Source: Vicugna vicugna
Taxonomy: Eukaryota
Assembly (NCBI GenBank): GCA_013265495.1
Contig: MU058009.1
Span: forward strand, 250,001-314,000
Direction of reading: 5' to 3'
DNA length: 64,000 nucleotides
Notes under the pieces: generated by a model
What the model was told of the DNA's origin: nothing
The model's input: only the letters and a program-made list of their open reading frames with translations
The model's database searches: none
Part shown: one piece after another, positions 39,763-53,269 of the stretch
Layout of the letters: every line of letters starts with the position of its first letter
Position numbering within the stretch: the first letter of the stretch is position 1
Made by a program: the position numbers and the translations under genes

Positions 39763-42700
39763 TATTTTTATAGACGTGGAGGAAGCGTTCATCAACAAGA
39801 AACAAGTGCAGTGGGATCTCAGTTAATTGGGATGAGCATGGGTTCCTGGAATCCAGTTCTCACTGGCAAATTATTTCCAGTTATCTCGCCATCTCTCTGT
39901 ATTTACCACGGACAGCCTTGGGTTCCAGCCCTTGTCCGGGCACCAGCTCCTCTTCCTGCAGCCATGAGTGAGCAAAGAAGAGCTTGAGAGCAGGGTAAGG
40001 GAAGAAGGAAAGTGTGTGCGCCATCCACCCAGCTCCTGCGGAGTGGAGAACTCGGTGCCCTCAGAGCTCTTTGCGGGCTGCCCAGCCTTCTGAGAATTGA
40101 CCAAGATGGGACAAATCTAATGAGAAGAAAGTTACAGCCAAGTTTATTGAACAATAACCCATTTCCTTCACTTACAACGAAGAAACATTTTTCTCACTTC
40201 CACAGCACAGGGAAAACAATATCAGTGATTTGTGCCGCCCGGTCATCCAGGCTCTCTCCCAACACGGCTGATTTTCCTGCTGCGTGATATTAACGCTCAG
40301 GGCTGAACACGGTTCTCTTTTTCTCTCTGGTGGAGTTTTGGCTTGTCCCATTTTTATTTGTATTCTCTGTGAAGTCTTGCATCAGAAGAATAAAAAGGAC
40401 CATGTTCTTGAGAAACCAGTCCCTGAACTGATGTGTTGATCAGTGAGCAGTGCTGGTGTGGGTAGATGCATTTTGGGTCCGGAATGGGCAAATAACTGCT
40501 GAAAGATTCCTGGGGAGGGAGCAGTCCTGACCGACAGCCTCAGGGTCAGGGTTCCCTCCCAACGTCACACTCCTACAAGGTTCAGGTACTCGACATCGCT
40601 CCGAGGAAATGCTGGAGTGACCAGGCAACTTGTTCAACAAGGCATTCTTCTTGGTCAATACTTCTGCATTTTTCTGTTCAATTTATTTCAGGCAATGATA
40701 TCACTCTGGGTTAAAAAACAAACTAATAAAAAAAAGGCTCCAGATGACTCTATGATGTAGGACAAAGCATCTCAAGGAAATAACTTTGAAAGTTGAGAGT
40801 TCCAGGAAATAAAAAAACAATCAGAGAATGTGCCTCTGATGAATTCAATCACAGCAAAAGTCCATTTCCATTCTCTTGAATTCTAGACAAACAATTTCCA
40901 GTTGCAAATATCTTTCAGAAGTACTGTATGCACAAGGTTGGATATTAAGTTGCTTGACAAATATTTTGGTTCAAAACTGCCTGCCTAGAAGTGCTCCTGG
41001 AACAACAATAATGTGGCTTTAGAGACAGCTGGGCTGTTTGCACATAGGTGTAGCTTGCGTGTTTAATGGACTTTTGCAGAAGGGAATTGCCTGGAAAGCA
41101 GCGGGTTTCTATGGATGAATTTGTGACTCCCGATGTGAGGTGGATGGAAGATTTGCGGAGAAGAGAGAGAGAAACGCAGCCTCTTCATAACCTGTTTTCC
41201 CTGGAGGGCCATGGCTATAATGACTTCGACTTTGCTGTGATGGACTCAACAAACAATTTAGCCTGTGCTTCGGCTCCCAGACAGAATCTCAAGTTACCCA
41301 GCTGAACGGGCATCCTACCTGGACTCTGAGCCCCCTCCTGGGGTCTCATTTGGGATACTCACAGCTAACATTTCTGAGAAGTGTGTGAATGTGCATGTGT
41401 GTGTGTGAGTATGTGTGTGGGGGGCACTATTTTCAAGGACAAATGAGGCCAGTGCTATTTAGGGAAACCTCTTAACTTTGGGCAGAAGTGCAGTAAGCCT
41501 GTGACATCTTCACAGAAGACCCCAAAGTTCTGGATGTGGCTCGTCTGCAGAGGTCAGTGTTCCCTGATCTTGGGACAAAGCAGTTAAAATCCTGGACTCC
41601 CTGCATCCTGGAGAGAAACCCTGTAGCTTCTTTTCTCTAGGGTGTGGGGCAGACCTGTTTGGTCACACTCGTTAGTGACTGCGGATTTTGGGAACTTTGT
41701 CTCAGCACCTCATGAAGTGTTAAGAGCAGAACTGGTGGCTGCAGAAAGAGGCTGGACCTCCCTCTCCCCAGACTGCTTCCCTCTCCCCACAGTCTGATGG
41801 ATTAAAGCTTGGGGAGCTTCTGGGGGAAGAAGAGCCCAGGTAACACGGTGACCCTTCCTCCTGCTCCTTTTTAGTTCCTTCCCATCTCCCCAGATGACAG
41901 AAGGGCCCCTGCTTGGTTTTCATTATGGCTGAGAGTCAGCCAATAACATGCCATTTGCTATCCCAAACCTGTAAAGAGCTGTAGGCAGGCCATTCCTTTT
42001 TTTTTTAAGTTTAATTCCCCCAGGTGACTCACCTGGGCTTTTAATAACGTTCAGCTCCATTTTTAACCCCTAGCCCTGAATGTGCAGCTGGGAGTCTATT
42101 CCTGTGGGCGTTTGGTTATTGTCGAGTTAACGAAAATGCCAGTCCTCCCACTTGCCCGTGGTTGAGGTGGCATGCGCTGAGAGTAAGAACGCTCTGGATG
42201 AAGGGTGGTTTCCGGTGATGTCCTGAAGTTTTCTCCACCTGTGAGGATTTTCCATCCCCGCTCCTGGCAAAGAGTTTTACAGCATGAAGCTAACGAGAGA
42301 AATGTCTGTCGCCCAAACTTGCCCATTCTCTGTTCTTTGGGTCTGCTGCACTGGCACGTGGATCTTTCTTCGGTTGTTTTCGCTGGGTTGCCCATCTTGG
42401 ACCACTCTGGGAAGTCGCTAGACCCACTGTACGGATGGAAGTGAGAGGGGCCTCTAGGTCCAGGGTCCTGGCCCTGAGACAGGCTCCCCCCAGGTGGTGT
42501 CAGATGCTTACACGGTCTTTCTCCTTCTGTATCACTTGCCTCTTTTTCAGCTTTCAGATCTTAGACCACTTCCTCCAGGAAATTTTCCCTCTTGAACCCC
42601 ATCTATTTGTAATCCACTAGCATATTCCCCAGTCTTTCCATATCTGTGGTTAATTCTTGTAATAGCTTATGTGTATTTCAGGGCATCTTTGTTAATTGCA

Positions 42701-42959
42701 GGTGGTTAGATTTTTTTCCCTCCTGGTATGGAATTAATCCATCTTTTCTGGCACAAGGCTACAGGTCTCGGCAGCAAACACTGAAGACTTGCTAACTCTG
42801 TGGTTGGCTCATTCCACGCCCCCTCCCACCTCCTCATGAGTCAGATTACCCAGGCCAAGTTGGAGGACACCCGGGCGCACTGTGGGCTTTCCCCTCTTCT
42901 CATTTAAATTTTTTCTCCCAAGGTAATTGCATGAAATTTCAAGGCTTTAAATGCCATTG

Positions 42960-43448
42960 GTGTACAAATGACTTTTAAAACTGTAAACCCAGCTCTGACC
43001 TATCCTCTGAGCTCTAGCTTTATTCAACTGCCTTCTTGAATCTCTTTCTAGATCTGATAGTTACTGAAAACTGTATCATATCCAAAACAGCCTCGCAACC
43101 CCAGCCCCCCACCCGCAGTCTGCTCCTCTCCCAGTCTTTGGCTTGTTGGTACTTTGCAACACCATCCAGCCAGTGGCTCAAGCCTCACACCTAAAAGTCT
43201 CTCCTGATTTCTCCCTTTCCCTCTCCCACCATATTCAAAAGCCAGGAAGTCCTGTGGGTGCTTGATCCAGAAAATTTCCAGAATCTCTTCACGTCTCTCC
43301 ACTGCCACCATTCTAGTCCAAGCCACCATCAGCTCCTGTGTGGGCCCTTGTATTAGTCTTCCCAACTGGTCTCTCTGCTTTTTCTTTTGCTCCCTAAAAA
43401 TGTCCCTATATGAGCAGGCACAGTAATCTTTTACAAGCAAATCAGCAC
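42960..43448 (+). mobile_element. L2 ORF2 fragment
   Basis: ccagctctgacctatcctctgagctctag...ctccactgccaccattctagtccaagccaccatc...cccaactggtctc. Confidence 0.85.
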
Positions 43449-44222
43449 TGACTGGGAGAACATATTTGCAAGTCATATATCAGGTAAAGAACTCCTAGAA
43501 CTCAGCAATAAGAAAACAAACAGCCCAATTAAAAATTGGGCAAAAGATCTGAACAGACACTTCACCAAAGAATACATACAGATGGCACGTAAGCATACGA
43601 AAAGATACTGAATATCATCTGCCATTAGGGAAATGCAAATTTAAAATACAATTAGATACTTCTACATGCCTATTAGAATGGCTAAAATTGGAAAAGCTGA
43701 CAAGACAGTGCAGGGATGCAGAGCCACAGGGACCCCCATTCGTTGCTGGTAGGAATGCAAATGGCACTTTGGAAGATGGTTTGGAAGTTTCTCACAAAGC
43801 TAAACATACTCCTACCAAATAATCAGGGAATTGCAGTTTTAGGATTTACCCAACTGATCTGAAAACTTATGTGCACACAAAAACATGGGAATGCTGATGG
43901 CAAGTTTATTCAAAACCATCAAAAACTGGAAGCAACCAAGATGTCCTCCAATGGATGAAAAGATAAACAGACTTGGGTGAATCCATACAATGGACTACCA
44001 TTCAGCAATTAAAAGAGATGAGCTATCTGTCCACAATATGGGTGAATGTTAGACACACATTGCTCAGTGAAAGAAACCAATCTGAAGAAACTACATGCAG
44101 TATGATTTCATTTATGTGACACTGGAAAAAGGCAGAACTCTAGAGATGGCGAACAGGTAAGTGGTTGCCACAGGCTTGGGGAGGGGAGAGGGCTGGATAG
44201 ATGGAGCACAGGGAATTTTAAG
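43449..44222 (+). mobile_element. L1MC-type LINE, ORF2 end and partial 3'UTR, no poly(A)
   Basis: gggcaaaagatctgaacagacacttcaccaaagaa, actggaagcaaccaagatgtcc, gatggagcacagggaatttta. Confidence 0.92.
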
Positions 44223-45489
44223 ATAATCTTTGTCCTCCATTCCTGGCACAGAGCTGGGAGGATACAAAGATAAAAAAACAGCCTTAAGAGGACTTAGGGA
44301 ATTTGCTGTCTCGCTAGAGAACCGGTTGAGGGTTTTTTTTTTTTTTGTATCTATAGCAATGAGTTCCTCCCTTCCTGTCACCTAACTAGGCTAACAAACC
44401 AGCTAACTAGTTAAGTAGCAAACTCTCATCCCTATTTGAATCAGTCTTGTGTTCTAATTGCTTTGAGGTAAACTTTAAGTATCAAACTTCATATTTTAGC
44501 CGATTATTAGTGATCTGCTCTTCATCAAATCATAGAAAGTAGCCTATGAAAGAGGCTTGAGTTCCCTCCTCACCTAGCCCTCCTTGCACTCCAGGGAAAG
44601 TATTAGAGACAGAAATGGTCCCCGGGTGTGCAGCTGGAGCCGGGAAGGGGCAATGTAGTCGCGGGCTTGAAAAGCCACAGGAGAAGCAGGTCCAATGATG
44701 GGCACATGGTTGTATTCAGCTAACTTGGGCAGCCACGCCTGCAAAGATGTAAAGGCAGACAACCCAGACAAATGAAGTTCAAGGGAACAAGGCCACATTT
44801 GGCCTGGAAGGGCAGAGAGAGAGAGCGTGGTCAGCCGGAGAGCGGTGCTGTGTGTGCAGAATCCGAGCCGGTCCCATCTGTTATCTGGTCAGGACAGGCG
44901 GGTTGCAGGCAGAGTTTGGGCTCAGGCAGGCGGCACCGAGAGGAAAATTTATGAATAGACCTTTAGCTCTGGTCAGTTTGTAGCCCAGAAGCTCTGAAAA
45001 TTAGATCCAGATGGATAGTATTTTCATAGCTTCTCCTGACCAAGGCATTATGTTAATTCCTGAGACCCAAGGGGAAGGAGGAAGCATCTAAAGGCAAGGA
45101 ATCTATAATTGCTTCTTAATATGTTTCCAAAATTCATCTGTGTTTTCACTCATTGCCACAGTCAGAGCTGGCACAGGGACTGGGGAGGGAAGGACGAATG
45201 GGAGCCCAGGGCCTCGCTCATCACACACGTGCCTTGTGTGAGGTTCCCAGAGCAGAAAAGCGAGGAGTTTCTGGAATATACTCCAAATCCAGGGACAATT
45301 CTGGGTGGGGTCTGTCAGATCTCCCTCCCCTGGGAACTGTGTCAGCCCCTGCTCTGCTCACAGAAGCATTTAAAGAAGCTCTGAAGGCCAGGAGAGAGCC
45401 CCCTCCCTCCATGCTGAGCTTTTTCCACGAGGTAACCATGAAAGGGTTGGAGGACAACAGAGCTCAGCATAGACCAGGGAGGCTCGTCG

Positions 45490-45650
45490 GTTTGGGGGCT
45501 TCTCTGAGACTAAAGCTACATCTGGTCATGCCTCTGCCATTAACTCACTTGCAATCTTGGGTGAACCCCTTAAACCCTTCTGGCCCCCACGTCCACTCAT
45601 TGATGGAGAGGCTCAAATGGGAGGGCTTGGAGGATCCTGTCAAACTCTAC
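45490..45650 (+). mobile_element. MIR3/MIR-like fragment
   Basis: ctctgccattaactcacttgcaatcttgggtgaacccc...gaggatcctgtcaaactct. Confidence 0.5.
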
Positions 45651-47199
45651 TCCTTATCGCTCGCCGGGTCTGCCCTGGAAACGGTCTGCTCTGCCAGAAC
45701 GCAAGAAGGGAAAGGCGGTTCTTTTCTCAGCAATGTCTTGGGAATTCTGTAGCTTGGAAAGAACTCCAAAGACGCTATATTCTGCTTTTTTGTGCGATCT
45801 GTCCCATCGACTAGGGGGTGGGACTTCACAGGCGCACAGGCGATCTCTGTCCAGGATTTTGCAGCCATTGCAAGGTCTTAGTGAGCACCTGCCACGGGCC
45901 AGACCAGACCCTGTGCTTGTCAGTGCTGACTCCACCCTGAGATGTCCGGACAAAGCAGTGGCGCCAAGGACGGGCTGGAACAAGCTCGGGGAGCTGCCAC
46001 CCTGAGCAGGCTCCCAGCGAGGGAGCTTCCAGCAGCCCACCCACGAACTCTCAGGATCCAGACCCCACGGCCCAGCACCCATCTTCTTCCCTAATCCCAC
46101 ACAGGAAATCATCCCCCAATACCGACATTCACCCAAGCCCTTGTTCTGCTTGGGGACCCACACAAGGAAACTATTCTTTTCACTTCTCTTCCAAATTTCC
46201 TGGCAAGAGCATTTGAAGAGGTTAGTGGGAAGGGATGGTGGGGGCTTTGCTTGGAGGCTAAGAATTTTAACTTCTACTTAAGAGATGGTCATGGTCAATG
46301 GATTCTAAGGAGCGGATTTGCTTTCTCTGAACACTGCCTCTGGTCCCCCAGCCTGGACAGCAATGAAAACACATTACCCTTGGCTGCTCTGTTGGGTGTC
46401 TTGAAGAAATGGTACAGCGAGTCTTACTTCTACCTGGAGAAAAGTAGGTTTCCAGTTGAGGTGGTGCAGATTACGTTAACCGGTACACACAGGAAGGGGG
46501 TCTGTCTCCGGTCAAGAGGAGGGAGGTGCATGTGGCCCTACTGGGGCCACACCTTCCAAGTTCAGCATCTGTGGAAGGCCCTCACCTCCGGGCTGGCTAT
46601 CTGCCCGCCCCTCCCGCTGGCCTCTCAGGTCCTCTGAGGGCTGACGTCAGCACCCCCTCTCCTGCTGGGTCCGTTTATCTCTCAGACGCACCATCCCAGC
46701 TCTGGGGCCTTTATCTCCCCACTAGTCTCATATAATCAAGTCCAACTGAGCCAGCGATCTGACCTTTCATGTTTCCTGCTACTGTTCATGTCTTTAGAAG
46801 TGGATTTCTGCTGCCCCACTGCACTCAGCACGTTTGACCTAATGGGCTGGGCCTCCTTTGCTTGGCTCTGTGATTATACACTCGGCGCATTATTAATTAC
46901 GGCTCAATTCTCTATTTTAAAAGCCCACAATTTTGGATGGAGGCTACAATGAAAAACATTTCGCACTGGCCTCCATCTAGTTTCACGTGGGGGTTAGGGA
47001 TGGAGTCGGTGACGGGGGAGCTGAGTATCACAGGACTGAAGCCTGCAGGCAGCAGTGTTAGACCATTTTTCTCTAGCTGGGGGTCTGGGGGCGGTGGGGA
47101 CAAAGGGTCAATCACCAGCATATAATGTGGGGGCGTCCCAATGCCTGCTGTCTGTCTTTGTCACTCCCAGGAACAAAGAGTCTGCTTCCTGGCCAACTG

Positions 47200-47680
47200 G
47201 GAGCCGGTCGTGGTGGAGGTGAGGAGTGAAAGGAGGCACTCAGAGGCTCAGCTCATGAAAGGCTTTGTAAGCCACGCACAGGGGACTGAACTCTAGTCTG
47301 TGGGCAACGGGTAACCATTCAAAGCAGGGAAATGATCACTTCAGCAGCTGCATGGGTAATGGGTTAATGAAGAGAGACTGGAAGCTTGGGGACACTTAGG
47401 AGGCCACAGAAGTAGTCCAAGCAGAGGAGAGGGAGCTATTTAGTAGGCAGAATGGAAGGGATTTGTCGATTGAGAGACAGGAGGAGAGGGAGGTGTTGAG
47501 GATGAGGTGTTCCGTGCTTTTGGTTTGAGAAATTAGATGGATGAGGATAAAACCAGAATAAGAAATCCAGCAGAAGGAAGTCTGAGAGTGGAAGAGGATG
47601 CAGGCTCAGCATGGGGCAGACGGGATCTGAGCTGGCGCACGGATCTAGGTCTCTGTGTAGAGACCCGAGGAGAGACCTGC
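47200..47680 (-). mobile_element. L2 fragment
   Basis: catgaaaggctttgtaagccac...gggcaacgggtaaccatt...ttaggaggccacagaagtagtccaagcagag. Confidence 0.8.
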
Positions 47681-48285
47681 CTGAGACACAAAATGGGGGT
47701 GTCCTCAGCCTCAGGGCACAAGGGGACCTCAAAGGCACAGGGGAAATCACCCAGCAAAAAAGAAGCACACAGCTGTGGGGGCACACCGTCCAAGGGGCAG
47801 GCCGAGTGGAGAAGCTCCAGGAGGGAGGAGGCTGAGAAAACACCGTTCATACCCTAGGAGGAATTCGGCCACGCCCATCCTTCTCCAGCCTGTCTCGGTC
47901 ACGGGAGAATCCCCTCCCATCCTGGGGCCTCTCCCACCCCCGGGGGCTGCTGGGCTGGCTCTGGGGAGCAGCCTCATCCACGCTGCTCTTAGACCCACGT
48001 TTCTCAAACTAGCGTCTGTAGGCATATTTTTTTCTTGTTTATTGGTGGTTGGTTTGGGGCGCATTGGGAAAGGTGCTGAGAGTTCTTTAGAGAACTGCCC
48101 CTGATGGTCTGGGGATGCATATTCTGAGGGGCCTTTGAGTTCTCAAGTTCAAGATTATCTGACGTGGCCCTGGGCTCCGTGTGCCTGGACTAGAGATACG
48201 TCTCAGGCCCACAGGCAGCCACACACCACCACGTGCTAACATCTTTGCTACGGTAACATTTTACTTCTGTGAGAGCAAATGGGTC

Positions 48286-48577
48286 TTTTTTTTTTTTAAT
48301 AGTTGAGAAATAGTTCTCATACTACACAGTTCACCAATTAAAAGCATATCATTCAATAGTTTTTAGTATATTCACAGATATAGATGATCACCACCACTGT
48401 CAGATTTAGGACATTCTCAACCATCCCCAAAGAAGCCCTACACTCTTCTGCTGTCGCCCTTAGACTTGGCCTCAGCCCCTCTCCCTGGCCCTAGACAACC
48501 GCCAAACTGCTTTCTGTCTCTTGAGAGCTCCCTGTTCTAGACACTTCCTATGAGTGGAACCATCTAATATGTGGTCG
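48286..48577 (-). mobile_element. L1MB-type 3'UTR with poly(A) remnant
   Basis: T-tract, ttcaatagtttttagtatattcacaga, ccctagacaaccgccaaactgctttctgtctc, tatgagtggaaccatctaatatgtggtc. Confidence 0.9.
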
Positions 48578-48679
48578 GCTGAGACTCTTAAAGATTTCAT
48601 TAACCCATCTGATAATTTGTCTTCACTCTGGAGGAGGATCTTGGCATCAAACACAGGGCTGGGTGCTTTTTTTTTTTTT

Positions 48680-48840
48680 ATCTCGTCTGATTCTCTCCAT
48701 CTCTCCAGAAAGATAGCCTTATTAACCCCATTTTACAGAGGAGAGACCCAAGGTTAGGGCGATTAAATGAATTGTCCAAGGCCCCCGAGACCAGGAGAGG
48801 TCGTGCCGGGATGGACACCCAGCCCCGTCTGGCTGCAGGC
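48680..48840 (-). mobile_element. MIR fragment
   Basis: attaaccccattttacagaggagagacccaagg...ttgtccaaggcc. Confidence 0.75.
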
Positions 48841-49799
48841 ATCCGCTGAGTTGCTAAGTGCTGCAGGCGGGATGGGGTGGGTGAGAGAAGAGAAACAGTC
48901 CAGCCGTCTCATGAGTGCGGCTCCCGAATGACTCCTGCGGAGCTTGCTGGACCAGATCAGGGTGAGGCTTCAGGAACAACTCGATGTTTGCCCGGGGTTG
49001 GGGTAAACGTCCCTCTTTTACTGCTTCTCCACGATGGGGAGGGAATGGCAGGGGTCTGAGCCCCCAGGCATCCCGGTGCCCTGGGCATGTTCAGGACCAG
49101 ATGATTCCAGCTGGTTACCACCAAAGCCCTGTCCTGTCATCGGCCTCGGTCAGACCCTGGGACACACACGCTCCCCATGCTCCAGCTTCGTGGACCTTCA
49201 GAATCAGGGATCTGCTACAGCCGCCACGGGGAACTTATCATCTCATTATAAAGGATAAGGCATATTTTTCAGTATGGTTATATGCGGTAATGAAGCATGC
49301 AGAAAACCACACAAGATAGATGGCAGCTTTCACTAGTGGAGCCGAAAACTTGGTTAACTTAATAGTCTATTTATTACATTCACTCTCTGAGCTTACAACA
49401 CCTGATTAATATCTCCCACCTTCCCCCTTGCTGTACAATTAAAACCAGGAATGTGTGATTGCACGAGCTGACTCCAGTGCGGATGGGTCTGGGCTGGGAG
49501 GCCGAGAGAAGACGTGGAGAAGGGCTTTCTTCCTCCGGACAGGGTGGTAGAGCTGTTTTGCTTCTAAGGGAGTGACCTTTCAGAAGTAAAGAGACTCGAG
49601 GAGAAAGGACCCTTCTGCCATCTTTTGCCTGGTCTTACCCATTCCCACGCCTTCCAGCAGGAGAGTGACAGAACCAGTATGGACAGACGATCTCAGTGGA
49701 GGTGGCCATGCACCCCTTAATCAGCAAAAAGAAAGATGGCTGGGCTAGCCTCCTGTACCAGGACAAGAAGATGTGAGGCTGAATTAGATGACACGAATG

Positions 49800-50428
49800 A
49801 CAGAGCTACTCCAAAGCCACTTCCGACTTCCTGCCCCCTTACCCACCTAGTAGTAAAGAGCTGGACAGATAACCAAGTTCTGACCACTGAGATAGAAGGA
49901 GACATCTGCTATGCAGATTTCTGTTTCTAGGAAAGATACTTCACTTTCTGGAAAAAATGGCAAGGCATGCTATGAATGTTTGCTGGTGTTGCCCCTTTCT
50001 TCTTCTTGCACTGAATGTGGATGTGATACTTGGAATGTTGGCAGCCGTTTTGTGAGTATGAGGATGAAAAGGTAACATGTGGATGTTGATAACAGGGGAG
50101 GAAGTGCATGTGTGGGGGCAGGGAGTATATGGGAAATCTCTGTGCTCTCTGCTCACTTTTCCTGTGAGTCTAAAATTGTTCAAAAAAAAAGGCTATTCAA
50201 AGTACAGTATCTTTAAAAAAAAAAAAGAAGTAACACGTTATGGATGGTAGAATTGTAAAATAGAGGGAGCCTGGGTTCTTGATTACATTGCTCAGCTGGC
50301 AGACCAACTCTGAGGCCATCTACCCCTGGACCTTTTGTTAAGCCAACAATATATGTCCTTATGGTTTAAGCCACAGTCAAAAGGGCATTGTGTTACTTGT
50401 AGCTGAAAAATATTCCTGTTTAATATAA
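49800..50428 (+). mobile_element. old MaLR/ERVL LTR (MLT1J/K/L- or LTR33-like), split by an L1 3' end
   Basis: gttctgaccactgagat, tgaatgtggatgtgat...ggcagccgttttgtga; resumes gagcctgggttcttgat...gtttaagccac...tgttacttgtagctgaaa. Confidence 0.75.
50081..50224 (+). mobile_element. L1MC1-like extreme 3' end with poly(A)
   Basis: ggatgttgataacagggg...tgtgggggcagggagtatatgggaaatctctgt...ctgtgagtctaaaa, A-tail, decayed TSD. Confidence 0.85.
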
Positions 50429-50459
50429 ATGACTCTCACGAACTGAGCCCCATACCCAT

Positions 50460-50650
50460 GACTTTGCTAAATGCATTCTGACGCTTGACAACATTCCTCT
50501 GAAGCAGGTGAGTTTATTCCCTCCATTTTGTAGTTGAGGACACGGAGTTTAAGCCTATTAAGGTCGCATAGCGAGGAAGGAGCAGAGTCTGGATTTGAAC
50601 CCAAGTCTTTCTGACTCTGGAGAGTCAGGACTATTAACCATTGTGGTCTG
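50460..50650 (-). mobile_element. MIR SINE
   Basis: ctccattttgtagttgaggacac...ggatttgaacccaagtctttctgactc. Confidence 0.88.
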
Positions 50651-53269
50651 TGACTTTGCAGATGGTTCACTTGAGCACTGATGTGAGGGAATGAGTGTTG
50701 CTTAGTGTCTGGCTGGCTGGATAGTACTCGGCATAAATCAGGAGGTTTGCCCACATGACTCACTGAGATAATAAGGCGAACTTCAGTCTAACCGATGACT
50801 TGACATAGCATGCCACCCCCGCCCCAGCCTGCCACAAGCAGTCCACACCCGCCACGCTTATTCACAGGTTGAAATTGATCAAACTAACCTAACCCCTGCC
50901 CCCCGCCGTCGCCAGCCAACTGGATGGTCAAAGAATGACAGAGACAGAAGAGACGCAGACACCAGTGGGCACAGGCGGGAGGGGGCCCCCCAGCTGAGCC
51001 GGTGGAGCCGGCAGAGCCCCGCTCAGAGCTGTGGGTTCAGAGCGGAAGCAGCGTCTTCTAAAGGCTTTGACGACTGAGAAAGATGACAATGGCTCTGAGA
51101 ACTGGTCTGGTTCTCCCAGCCACGCTTCTTTCTGTTGCCTCTCCTGGTTGGAGGAGACAATCCAAGTCTGTGATAGTTCTCTGAGAACATCCCAAGAACG
51201 TCTGAACTGCTTGAGACCATTCCCAGTTCCCCGAGGTGCCTACTCCGTGCCCGCCGCTTAGCAGATGATCAGCGGTCTTGTGCCCAGTCAGGGTAACAGA
51301 AAAAAAATGTTCTCTTACTGAACACGATGCATCCTTCTATTCCCCAGAGAAAGGGCGAAAACCAGGCTGCTCTCCTGATAACATGTATCAGCCGATGATA
51401 CTTAGCAGGTGAGGGACCACTTATTAATTCTTTCCCACCAGCCCAATGTGCATCAACTCCTTACTAGGTCTACACACATAGCCAGCAGCCAGCGGAGGGT
51501 GTGGGCTGCACAGCTAATTCTCTCTCCTCCCAGCCCCTCAGACCCTTATTCAGCAGGAGGCAGCGTTTTCCCCTTTTTCCTACCACCTTCAGGGCAGAAA
51601 CTGTCTAGAGAGGGGGAAAAAATCAGAATAAACATATGCAAGAACTGGGGTTTAGACATCCCACGAAGATTAACTTATCTGCAGTAATTGCCTTAACTAG
51701 GGGATTTTTAATGCGTTTCAAAGTTTCTTAGAGGAGGAAAAATATGCAGAGTGAGTCTTACAGCCACTGACAGAGGAGCTACTCAGAGCGAAAAAAGGTA
51801 TCAACCACAAGAAGCCCATAGCTAGGAAATTTTTAAGGCACCGATTCTAGGGGATTTAATAAGAATGTAATTTGTATAATTAACCATTCATCACTGTCAA
51901 TTTCATTAAATGAATGCCAGAAATATTACCTTCAGCAGCACGACCTAACAGGATTGGAATATATTATATGAAAAATGAACACTTAGTGGTTCCCCTCCCC
52001 TGCTCTGTCTGTCACAGCAAGATTTGCAAGGCTGAGGAATAATTTAAAGGGTAGTAAATGAAACCGGCTAAGGCAAATGTGTGCATTTTGGTAACTAACC
52101 TCCGTCGTGATGTATGAGAGTTTGTGTCAAAACGTGTTTCTGTGGCAATGACTAAAGGGACTTCTAGCTTCCACCTAGGTGGTAAAATGTGAGAAGTAAC
52201 GTCAGGCGCTTCCAAAGGCGCCCTGGTGCCCTGCTTGGATGCAGCGTACCCTTCCCCTAGCTAGGTTTTCCAGGGTCCCAGCCCCAGAGTCATGGAGTTT
52301 GCAGACATTCCCTAAAGCCTCCAGAGTAGCCTTGCACTGAATCACTTACCTACCTGCCCAGGAAAGTGATGACTGATGCCCAGTGGAAGGAAATCATTCT
52401 GAGTTTTATTCATGTGCTTGCCAACAGTCATCAGGGGAACATGGGGCTGGAGATAGGGGGGCTGATGAAATATTTGTAAATGGGACTTATTTCCAAGGTT
52501 GCTCATGAGGGGGGCAGTTTATGGGGATTTATTCATTTCTGTTCGCCGTGGGAAAAGTGGAGAACTGTATATGTCCATGGGGATGTGTGCACAGACACAC
52601 ACAGAAACACACACACACACAGGATCAGCGATAGAACCTGGAGGTTGATGCTCGAGCTTTGCAAATCATCCCCGGAGTTAGTGCCTCCCTCACACACAGT
52701 AGGGACTCAGTCAATATTTGCTTAATTGAATTTCTTTCGGTGTTAATCCTACCCCTGTTCTGGTCTGCTTCAGGGCGCTGTAAGGCTAATACTATTGCAT
52801 CAGTATTCCTGCGGAATCTGCCTTTCTGAATCCTGAGTCCTGAGAGATGAGAAACACATTGCAAGCAAATCAAATGTACCTTTAAAAAAATGAAATCATG
52901 CAACAGAAAGATTGCTCAGAATTTTTTTATACATTAGATTTCATACATCCTACCATCTCGTAGAATGAAAGAAAATATTAGTTTGGGAATCAGGAGACCA
53001 GATGTCAAAATTGGACTAACTCTTCAGTTGTTTCCAGATTTAAAGTTCTATGTTCTCTATTTTTTGATGCAAAGAAATAAAATATTCCTTTCCGTAACCG
53101 CTGAAAAAGTCATCTCCAGGACCTGAGAGAAGAAAGAGGAGGTGGCACAAAACCGGTACTGAGGATGTGCCCAAGATCTGTGCCTTAGACCCGGGGGGTC
53201 TGCAGGACTCAGAATCCTGTGCTTCTGGTTCTGAAACATCTCTTGGATGTGTGCACTCCTATCCAGCCC

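Noticed and set aside
39520..39987. Poly-Ser / poly-Arg ORFs
   Set aside because: Translation of the TTC/CTC microsatellite.
50800..51280. CpG island / promoter
   Set aside because: GC-rich with scattered CpGs but short and not dense enough by eye; no core promoter evidence.
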